Below, one piece after another: positions 52,205 through 62,113 of a stretch of DNA of 64,000 bases. The notes beneath the pieces are model-generated. The model did no database searches. It was not told where the DNA came from and saw only the letters and a program-made list of their open reading frames with translations. How positions within the stretch are numbered: position 1 is the first letter of the stretch; every line of letters begins with the position of its first letter. Origin of the DNA: Haliotis cracherodii (Eukaryota); NCBI RefSeq assembly GCF_022045235.1, contig NW_027266286.1, forward strand, positions 67,022,001 through 67,086,000, in the 5' to 3' direction. Made by a program: the position numbers and the translations under genes.

Positions 52205-52565
52205 TCAAAGGTTGGCTGAAAAGTTTTGCCCTAACTATGAGGGAATTGTATACTAATTATTCTTCATCATGATTAGTGGGATCTAGGTACTCCAGCATGA
52301 TTGCCAGAAGTGTGAGGACCTCAGAAGTAGTGTGAAAGGCTTCTTCTTGGTGGTGAAAAAAGCTCTCAAAAGCAGAAATGATGTCATTATCATATGAATA
52401 ATGCTTGCCAGACAGTTCTGACTTCAAGTTGGGAAGAGGTCGAAATCTGATGGTGCCAAATATTTTGATTACGGGGATGTTCAACAAGTTCAAAGTCACA
52501 CACTGCAGCCATTACGACAACAGACTTGTTCACAGTGCATTGTCCTGGTGGAACATCACACCTTT
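52205..52565 (-). pseudogene. Mariner (DD34D) transposase relic: C-terminal catalytic part and right TIR
   Basis: Minus strand with frameshifts: GVMFHQDNA, KSVVVMAAV, FELVEHP, LAPSDFDLFPNLKSELSGKHYSYDNDIISAFESFF. Stop at 52257-52259; TIR-like aggttggctgaaaagtt at ~52209. Confidence 0.88.
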
Positions 52566-52747
52566 AGCAGTTGCCTAAGCAAGTTTTCTTGAGAATTGTA
52601 TGCAGATGCCGATTTGCAAATCTATGTCAAGTATTGGAACTACAATCGTCTTAGCGTTAAGCCACTTTGTGGAACAGGGCCTCAGAGTAAGTCACCATTC
52701 CATAGCTGTACTACTGGTACATCATCATAGGGCAACATGGCCCTGGT

Positions 52748-53008
52748 GACCCGTGACCCGGGATAGATTAGGTCTTCAGCAACCCAAGCTTGCCGTAAAA
52801 GGTGACTATGCTTGTCGTAAGAGGCGACTAACTTGATCAGGTGTTCAGGCTCGCTGACTTGGTTGATGCATGTTATCATATTCCAATTGCGTGGATTGAT
52901 GCTCATGATGTCAATCACTGGATTGTTTGGTCCAGACTCAATTATTTACAGACCGTCGTCATATACCTGGAATATTGCTGAGTGAGGTGTTTAACAACAA
53001 AGAAACAA
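52748..53008 (+). mobile_element. SINE-like family B
   Basis: Two hairpin units; TSD acatggc(c/a)ctg. Confidence 0.9.
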
Positions 53009-53134
53009 CATGGCACTGAACCACAGACAGTAAGGAACTAAAGTACTATATGTAGTTTTATGTGGTCATTTAATTTGTGGTAGGGCAAGCGTAGTTTACG
53101 TGTTCACTCATCACACTCATCACAAGGAATTTCT

Positions 53135-53405
53135 AGGCGACTATGCTTGTCGTAAAAGGCGACTATGCTTGTCGTAAAAAGCGACTGCTTGTCGTAAAAG
53201 GCGACTATGCTTGTCGTAAAAGGCGACTAACGGGATCGTGTGGTCAGGCTCGCTGACTTGGTTGATACATGTCATCGATCCCAATTGCATGGTCGATGTT
53301 CATGCTGTCAATCACTGGATTGTCTTGTCCAGACTCGATTATTTACAGACCGCCGTCATATAGCTGGAATATTGCTGAGTGCGGCGTTAAACAACAAACA
53401 AACAA
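53135..53405 (+). mobile_element. SINE-like family B, 5'-truncated, four hairpin units, inserted into an old family A copy (53075-53500)
   Basis: TSD acaaggaatttct; the flanks rejoin into gtgttcactcatcac...gggttcga...gggtacaatgtgt. Confidence 0.88.
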
Positions 53406-53967
53406 ACAAGGAATTTCTGGGTTCGAGGGTACAATGTGTACAGCTCATTCTGGAAACACTCAGAGCAGGAATAATGTCTCAAGTGACGTAAAACTCACTT
53501 GAAGAGAAAAAAACCTGAACTGATTACAACTAGTTCTGTGCATGAATAGTGATTTCCTGATAGGGTGTTGCAGTACTTGACGTTATCAGCATGAAACACT
53601 TTATTTGTGAATTTGTTTATGTAATTGCTAGTCAGGAGGATAGATGTTTGTTTGCTGAGCATTTGCATCTCGGCCCTAATCAGTCATTCGCATTCCCACA
53701 AGTGCTGCTTTTCAATTAATGATCTCAATTTTTGTCGGCTTAAATTTGATGCCTCATGCAATGTCAGGCATCCTATTTTTATGGAGTGTATAATTTGTAA
53801 ACCGTGTTTTTCTTGCCGAGTGAATTGGGACATGCTTTCAAGTGATTCGTAAACATTTTCAGGAACACTGTCCTGTGTCAACCTGGTTCAAGGTACCATT
53901 TCAGCCTTAGAAAACAATTAGGGTTTTTTAAGCAGGATAATCTTCTCTTGCTTCACTCCTTTCTACA

Positions 53968-54133
53968 GGGGCGGTCGGGAAGCCTAGTGGTTAAAGCGTT
54001 CGCTCGTCACGCCGAAGACCCGGGTTCGATTCCCGACATGGGTACAATGTGTGAAGCCCATTTCTGGTGTCCCCCGCCGTGATATTGCTGGAATATCGCT
54101 AAAAGCGGCGTAAAACCATACTCACTCACTCAA
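53968..54133 (+). mobile_element. SINE family A, near-consensus (young)
   Basis: CpGs retained; perfect 11-bp TSD tcctttctaca. Confidence 0.95.
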
Positions 54134-54593
54134 TCCTTTCTACACTCAACCAACTGAAAGTCACGCGTGGTTGTTCTCGTCCCAACCGGATCTACTCTAT
54201 GAACATAGTTAAGTTTTCACTGTCTATATTGATTTTCATGAAGTTACAAACTATTCAGAACTCAATTCAAGCCATATTCATCAATGTTCACTGATTCTTT
54301 CAAGATAGATGTTTTGTGTAGAAAGATATCTGTTATTGCAGTTTTGTGATAGTTTGATGAACAAGGCTGTTCCAGTATGACCTTTGACTTAAGCAAATCG
54401 GTTATCCAATCAAGACCTATAAAAAATGTCAGCCATTTGTGAAGTACAGATTAGTATCTCAACAGATATAGTAATATGTTCATATGAAACACTTGCTGTG
54501 GAGTCCAACCAAATTCTCTCACACCCTCTGCAACCATTATGGAAGGGGGAGGTGGAACCTCATACCATTGTGGAGTGAGGTAGTTAGGTTTTG

Positions 54594-54833
54594 ACACATG
54601 AAGATCCGGGTTAGAACAGGTCTTCAGCAATCCATGCTTGCCATAAAAAGCGACTGTGCTCGTAAGAGGAGACTAACGGGATTGGGTGGTCAGGCTTGCT
54701 GACTTGATAGATGCATGTCATCGATGCTCATGATGTCAGTCACTGGGCTGTCTGGTCCTGACTTGATTATTTACAGACCGCTGTCATATAGATGGAATAT
54801 TACTGAGTGCGGCGTTAAACAACAAACAAACAA
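54594..54833 (+). mobile_element. SINE-like family B
   Basis: tgaagatccgggttagaacaggtcttcagc...(aaac)n. Confidence 0.88.
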
Positions 54834-55027
54834 ATTTAGCAATATTTCAGTTACCTCACAGTATGTCAGTTTGTTTGGAGAGGAAGGCCCAAAGTAATGT
54901 AGTCTGAGATTTAACTTCCTACGAGCAATAGTACTGTGCTGACAAACCATGTTTAGACATACCAAAGGGATGCAACTCTGCACCAAGGGATGCAACTCTG
55001 CACATAAAATATTGCTTAGCACCGCAG

Positions 55028-55233
55028 TTTGTGTGTTTGTTTGTGGTTTAACACCACACTCAGCAATATTCAAACTTTATTACGTCGATCTGTAAATGAT
55101 CGAGTCTGGTCCAGACAATCCAGTGAGCATCGATCTACGCAACTGGGATACGATTCCATGCACCCGATCCCATTTGTTGTATCATACAACAAGCATGGGT
55201 TGCTGAAGATCAGTTCTCACCTGGGTCTTCACA
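55028..55233 (-). mobile_element. SINE-like family B with internal deletions
   Basis: Reverse-complement match including the head. Confidence 0.82.
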
Positions 55234-57049
55234 ACAGAATAGCACCTTAGACAGCAGTGCTATAAAACATTCCTCTGATAGCATATATAGTGATTGAATA
55301 AAAGTTTGGTATACCTTGCCTTCTTCTATTGAACCTTCACTGCTTCTAAAGTAATTCCGTCGCCCTTTTTTGGCTCCATTAGCCAATTTCAAAGATTATT
55401 ACAGACAAATTTAACAATATTCATGCATTAATCTGTGCCAGTGGAACAAGTGTTAAATCATAATCCATTTTCTGTTTTCTGCCAGCTGAGATTAGCATTG
55501 TGAATCATAGCCTCCTGAACATTGACCTTTTTCAGACTGTGTTTTGGACAGGGAACATGACCCAGACTCAGAGATCAGTTAGAGGCGATAACAGAGAACC
55601 AGCTTCATGCGTTAAGACATCCTTCCTTTCTCCTGCCTTTATACTGATGACTGACATCAATTACAGCTGGAGGCTGACAGTTAATTTACGTTAATACTGA
55701 CCTTCAAAATTGAAATATTCAACTTTCCTGGCTTATTCTTCGTCTTCCAGACAGATCAGAAATGAGTTTTTTGGCCTCAGAATTCAGTCTATCTTGAGTC
55801 TGGTTAATGCTGATTTATCCAACTTGGAATAAAGACCATTCAATTTAGCTGGGACAAGCTGAATGAGCGATGCAAGAGACGATGGATCGACCAGGGCCAC
55901 TCAGTGTAATATATCAACATCATAGAAGAATTGATAATAGGGCTATGTTTGTTTACACAGGGCCTTCTCATTAGTTGAGGTTGTCAGAAGTGAGTGAGGG
56001 CAAGACACACACCCGCTTCACTTAACATAGCATCCACAGATCAGGCGGCCATCTTGTGTCTTCCAAATCTTGGAGCAGACGTGGATCTGCAGCTCCATCT
56101 GTCATCTCCGAGAGGAGCTTAATTTAGTATGTTTTCAAACATCTAATGACCCTGGTTCCTGGGTTTTAGGTCAAAACTTTGCTCCACTAATGAGGGTCAC
56201 ACACTGCTCTAGCTATGACAGACTTGAAATCCAGGAACTGGAAGAGTTTCCGGGCTGTGTTGGCATGTGATTGATGAGAACAGGTCCAGACAAATACTAT
56301 TTCTTAACTCTTGTCTATCAAGTTCAAGATATATTTTTACTACATTATCCAGAAGGTTTGCCCTGGGAATGAGTTTTACTAATCTTATTGCAATATGTTT
56401 TATTGTCCATTACATGAAGAATTACAAACTCCTGTATAATTGCATTACGTAATAAGGCTGTACCCTGTTTGAAAACATTATTTGTAACTGAACAAATGGT
56501 CCTGTGCCATGACTGTGGAATTTTTATGTTTCAAGTATTTTGTTTGTAATAAAAGCCTAGGCAAGTCTGGATCAAATTAACCAAGTCTAGTTTGCTTGAT
56601 TCCATACAGCAGAAGAGGATAGGTTCTTTCAAAGAATTTTTTTTTTCATTATTTCAGAAACATGTTTTCATTGACTAAGTGATAGATTATTCATCTTAGG
56701 AAAATATTTATATAATGTGTTAAAAAATGGTGATATGTAAATGCACAAGTGTACTGTGACGATTGTGTGGATTATGGCTGTGTTGGAAACAATATACACT
56801 GAGATGGAGATCGGGAGGTCACAGTGTGTGACCTGGCTTGTGTGTCATCTTACCGTGACCGTCGTGGTGTCGGGACCCAATATGGACAGGCTGCCAGCAG
56901 GACGGGAGGCTGTAGCAGTACTGACTGCAGTGTACTTATCATACTTCTTTTTATAATTTTTGGGGGGTGTGGGGGGGAGCTGTGGTTCTGTTGGTACATT
57001 GTTTCTCTGTGTTACACTGTTACGGGTGAGAATTGATCTTTCGCAACCT

Positions 57050-57250
57050 GTCCTTGTCTTAAGATGCAACTAACGGGATCGGGTGGTCAGGCTTGGTGGC
57101 GTGGTTGATGCATGTCATCATATCCCAATTTCGTAGATCAAAGTTCATGATGTCAATCACTGGATTGTCGAATCCAGACTCATATATTTACAAACAGCCG
57201 TCATGTAGTTGGAAGATTGCTGAGTCAGGCGTTAAACAAGAAATAAAGAC
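57050..57250 (+). mobile_element. SINE-like family B, degraded head
   Basis: actaacgggatcgggtggtcaggct...ggcgttaaaca. Confidence 0.85.
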
Positions 57251-57839
57251 ACAAACTATTACTGATGGATGGGATGGGAATATTGTATTGTTTATCACAT
57301 GACTTGCCGTGTATTAACTGCGACGTCAAAGCATGGACAAGGTCGATCTGTATTTGTTAGGAATTACATCGTCTAAGATGGAGTCAAATTGAAAAAAGGA
57401 ATATATATATATATATTTTGGGGAAACCTATTTAATGTCATGGCTCTTCTGATTAAGGAATGAATTGGGTGATAGCAACCCTGTCTAATCAGCAAGAAGA
57501 CAACGGCAACGGTCCTGTCTCTTGTCATCTTAGACTTGGGTCTAGAGTAATTTTTTAGGGATGTTGATGAGATCAGCCTAAATTGATCACAGGTCTCTGG
57601 TGCATGTTGGGATTAGTTAGTGTCTGTTGCAGTGTTGTTTGATGGGAGTGCTCACTGGTTGGACAAAGACCATGTAAATGATGGCAAACTCTTCAGTCTA
57701 CTGTGTTCGACAGTGACCAGTAATATTTGACAATGGATTTGTGTGTGTTTCATTGGCTCACACATAACAGGGCAGTTACGTAGCCCAGTGGATGGATTGT
57801 TCCATTTTCAGACCAAAAATCCAAGTTCCATGCCGAATT

Positions 57840-58060
57840 TGTTTCTTTGTTTGTTGTTGAATGCCCACAAGACAGTGGCCTGTAAATAATAGCGTGTGGT
57901 CCAGACGAACAAGTGATTGGTTTATGTACAACAATCAATGCTGTCTGGATACGATGAAACCAATCAACCAAGTTTCCAAGTCTGACCACCTGATCCATTT
58001 AGCCACCTTTTATGACCAGCAGAGGTTGCTGGGGACCTATTCTAATCTGAACCCCCCCGA
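57840..58060 (-). mobile_element. Old SINE-like family B
   Basis: ctgtaaataat...ggtccagac...tctgaccacctgatcc...acctattcta. Confidence 0.78.
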
Positions 58061-58233
58061 CAGGGTTGCTCGGGGTACGATGTGTGAAGCTTACAATTAT
58101 GGGCCATCGATGTTGATGTTGCTTCAATGTTACGAAAAGCGATGTAAGACACCTCTATCTCACCTGCTGAATGATATACCTGTATGACCTTTGACTCATT
58201 GGTGGCTGGTTGAGCTCATGTGACTGGCAGCTG

Positions 58234-58790
58234 TAGGGGTACGCTATTACCGGTTTGACACAATTTGAAACGCTAATGAATCTACGTTTAAAACTACCGG
58301 TATGCATTTCATTTATATAAATCATTCATATTTTTTTAGCTTGTTGCAAAGTTAACACTAGTGACAATTTGAATTGATATTATGAAATTCAGAAAGTTTC
58401 CTGTATGTAGTGTGTCTATTGTACATGTGTTGTGACCATAGCAACATCAAACAAAATGGCGGAAAGTTGTAAAAACTGTGCAGGGGAAGTCCGATGTCTG
58501 ATTTAAAATTGAAGATAACATCACAATTTGGAAACACTGGGACATTTTTTGGTGAAATTCACAAGGAGACCCACAGATTTTATGATGCACACCAGGCAAC
58601 ATCATCATCAACTGAAAATGCAATCTAGTGCAAGTTTTCACCACGTTCCTGCACAGATTACAGAGGAAAGAATGCATACAATATGTTGTGGTTCATATCC
58701 CAATACAGGGATATATTGCAGTGCTATGGTCAAGCCAAAACCCATCACTACTAACATCGTCTAGGCTTTATTTCAGCCATATAGCGACCA
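58234..58790 (+). mobile_element. Possible hAT transposon 5' relic with eroded BED-finger start
   Basis: TAGGGGT terminus with accggt-type subterminal motifs; caaaATGgcg followed by GKSDV(W>*) and FGNTGTFL with frameshifts. Weak. Confidence 0.35.
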
Positions 58791-58930
58791 TCACTACTGA
58801 CAGCTGTTTGTCTGTCTCCATCCACTTGAAGTAACCACAGAATGACTGAATGCTATGAAGTGACTGATGATGTATGAATCAGGATGCTGGGTGACTGTTG
58901 GTGTTTTTATATCCAGATATAGAAAATAAG

Positions 58931-59093
58931 AGTGAGTGAATCTGGTTTTATGCCACTTTCAGCAATATTCCAGCAATATCACGGCGGGGGACACCAGAAA
59001 TGGGCCTCACACATCGTATCCATGTCGGGAATCGAACCAGGATCTTCAGCGGGACGAGCAAACGCTTTAACCATTAGCCTACCTGACCGCACC
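58931..59093 (-). mobile_element. SINE family A
   Basis: Reverse complement of consensus. Confidence 0.9.
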
Positions 59094-59208
59094 TATAAAA
59101 TAAAAAAATATCCAGTACATTTCTCTTAATTAAGACTAAGTGAGCATAACTTAGAAATTAGAACTTGCTGGACGCACTAAACTCAACACCCTTCATTCCA
59201 TGGTCGAC

Positions 59209-59251
59209 ATATGGCTGAAATATTGCCGATGTGAGTGAAGCTTTAACTCAC
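59209..59251 (+). mobile_element. Tail-only retroinsertion (shared LINE-type tail)
   Basis: atatggctgaaatattgccgatgtg...aactcac between a perfect 12-bp TSD tccatggtcgac. Confidence 0.8.
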
Positions 59252-59553
59252 TCCATGGTCGACTGTTTATTACTCGATGTTGAGAAACATTTCCCGAATC
59301 ACTAACCAAAGCATCATAGCGAAAGAAGTAGTTTACTCCAGATACTGATTTCCCATAATGCAACAGTGGAAACTTATGAATAAGAATAATTGATTTCTTT
59401 GTATTCTTTCAAATGAGGATTTTAGAAATATTCAAGCCATTATTTTCCATTGTATTCAATTTAAGTCTGTAAAAGTGTGTGGAATATATTCATATATAAT
59501 TCATATGTCATAATAACTGTTAACTGTGTGTTAAACATTTTATAACTTGCACA

Positions 59554-59604
59554 ACCCATGAAGATCCGGGGTTGACTAGGTCTTCAGCAACAAACAAAAC
59601 AAAC
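59554..59604 (+). mobile_element. Family B mini-copy: head fused directly to the (aaac)n tail
   Basis: acccatgaagatccggggttgactaggtcttcagcaacaaacaaaac. Confidence 0.8.
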
Positions 59605-60237
59605 ATACCCTGTACAAACATGTTTATGGATGTTGTATAGTAATATACATTGTTTCAGTTACTGTTCCCCAATGGAATGTTTGAGCTATAAACTATGTTA
59701 CGTAACCATCTTATCTTATATAACTAGGTGACGTATTTGCTACTAGATTGTATTAATTACATCTGAACAGGCGCCTAGTATATCTGTGCCTTTCGTAACA
59801 CATCTAAGTGAAGGATTGCAAACATTAATAACGAGGCACAGTACATCATGTATATTTGGTGTAGTTTGTCCAATTTCCTACTCATGATTAAGTGCTGTAA
59901 GTCGGAGATGTCTTGCTGCTGATGGGGATTGTTTTTATAATGGTGATTGTATGACAGGAAGAGGATCATGGGATACATCTGTGGGGGAGGGAGCAGAACA
60001 CGGGAATTACATTACGTGGAACACAAGGAGGCAGGGAAGGAAATAGATTACGGTAGGAGCAAGCTGGAAACTACAAACAGTAGATGACCTGGTCAGCTGG
60101 ATGCGGTGTTGTGTCCGTGGAGAGGTGCACAGCAAACGTGATGAGGATACACACAAGAAGCTGTCATAGGTCAAAGAGCTGATAGAAATCCTAAACAAAC
60201 CTCTCGTAGTCCAGGTCCAACAATTGTTAGGAGTTTG

Positions 60238-60816
60238 TGAAAGTCTAGGTGAACCCCGTCCACTTCTAAGAGCCTCAGGTAAGTCTAGGCGAGGTCATCC
60301 TATCCGCTTCTAAGAGCCTCAGGTAAGTCTAGGAGAGGTCACCCCCATCCACTTCTAAGAGCCTCGTGAATGTCTAGGTGAGGTCACCCCATCCACTTCT
60401 TAGAGCCTCAGTTAAGTCCAGGTGAGGTCATCCTATCCACTTCTAAGAGCATCAGGTAAGTCTAGGTGAGATCACCCCATCCACTTCTAAGAGCCTCAGT
60501 TAAGTCTAGATGAGGTCACGCCATCCACTTCTAAGAGCCTCTTGAAAGTCTAGGAGGTCATCCCCTTCTTAGAGCCTCATGAAAGTCTAGGTAAGTTCAT
60601 CCCCTTCTAAGAGCCTCATGAAAGTCTAGGTGAGTTCATCCCCTTCTAAGAGCCTCATGAAAGTCTAGGTAAGTTCATCCCCTTCTAAGAGCCTCATGAA
60701 AGTCTTGGTGAGGTCATCCCCTTCTAAGAGCCTCATGAAAGTCTAGGTGAGGTCATCCCCTTCTAAGAGCCTCATGAAAGTCTAGGTGAGTTCATCCCCT
60801 TCTAAGAGCCTCATGA
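60238..60816. repeat. Minisatellite, 39-44-bp unit AAGTCTAGGTGAGGTCATCCCC(ATCCAC)TTCTAAGAGCCTCATGA, ~14 copies
   Basis: Seen directly; ~44-bp units at the 5' side, 39-bp units at the 3' side. Confidence 0.93.
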
Positions 60817-61140
60817 ACGCCTGTCTATAGTCTTCCCCTTACTTAACATGGCTGCAAGTGTTGTACCTCAGCCGTAGACAGAAAATCAATGGAGCTTCTC
60901 CCTTGGGGATTCCAGCTCCCAAATGGTTCAACTCAGGCACCAAATTCTAGTGTAAATGGTTGGGGAGGGACAAATAAATTGTGAAGAAAAAGTAAAGTAA
61001 AGGAATGAATATTTGAGGGAGAGTACATTGGGAGCTATAATGAACTAAAGGAATAACGACCACCCAATCCACTATCATGTTGGTTTAGGAGACAAGCAAG
61101 GGGTGCTGGGAACCTACTCTGACACAGTCTAACACAGGTT

Positions 61141-61335
61141 AGGTAGACTAACATTTAGTCTCTGAAATCTTATGTTACACAATATCCTTCTTGATTCTAA
61201 AAATAGTAAAAAAAATCCCTATGCTGATTTCAGAATAGAGCTAGCTTGAGCGGGCTAGACTTGCTTTTGTATCCATTTTAGATTAATTTTTTTTCATGAA
61301 ATAAATATATTCCACGGTCATGGTGCAGGACTACA
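61141..61335 (-). mobile_element. Right half of Kolobok-like MITE
   Basis: Reverse complement of 20280-20482; terminus aggtagactaacatttagtc. Confidence 0.75.
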
Positions 61336-61983
61336 GGTTGGGGTGAATACAGAGAAAATTACAGTATGGAGTTACAGTAAATGTATGAAGGGGCCGTGAG
61401 CGTGCAGTGTGGACTGTGGAGTGAAGGTTTGGGGGCAGTCACGTGAAGCAAGTAGGAGGTGGGTTGGTGAAGTAGTTATTTTTGTCAGTTTTATGCTCCA
61501 GCAACATCTGTCGGTCAGAAGTGGCCGAGACCGATCTCAATTGAGTCTGATAAACCACTCTACTAACATACTGACACTTTTATGGCACAATTTGCTGACA
61601 AAACTCGTAAATTGTCCTGATACTGAACAGTGTAGGCAGACTGATGCATAAATCATAGAGTTATCATCTTCCAGAAGTATGGGCACTGGCCACTCACCTC
61701 CTGACTCGGTCCACCTCCAGCATGGACACGGAGGATGTGGATCCCCTTGTGTTAGGCTGCCTCTTCAAAAGACATGTTATCTTAAGATGAACTTATATTC
61801 AAGTTATCAGTTTCAAAAAGGTGTCCGAAAAAGTTTGCAGTCCTGTGAAAAGTGTGAAGGAGGGCCTTGGGTTCATGTTTTTTATTCAGCTGTGACACTT
61901 GAGTTTAGACACTGGGGACAAGCAGCAGCCAGAAGTTATTGTCAGGTGTTCATTTGGGAACAATCATGGCATGGCTGTGTTAT

Positions 61984-62113
61984 GCTGCTCAAAAGAAGTT
62001 AAAGAACACCTGATTTGTTCAAATGACTATAGTTAATCTGTCATGGCTGGTGGGTATTGCAACACAACACACAACATTCCAAATGTGGGTGTTCTTTAAC
62101 TTGTTTTGAGTTA
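61984..62113. mobile_element. Tc1/mariner-type palindromic MITE (~125-bp family)
   Basis: gctgctcaaaagaagttaaagaacacc...ggtgttctttaacttgttttgag. Confidence 0.75.

Noticed and set aside
53968-54045. tRNA-Asp gene
   Set aside because: The acceptor stem does not pair, and it continues into a SINE body, tail and TSD; many diverged copies.
54576-54592. let-7-like TGAGGTAGTTAGGTT
   Set aside because: Diverges after ~9 nt and has no downstream star arm; runs into a SINE.
56741-56956. AVLTAVYLSYFFL as the next TMEM135 exon
   Set aside because: Ends in a stop with no donor and lacks a phase-0 acceptor.
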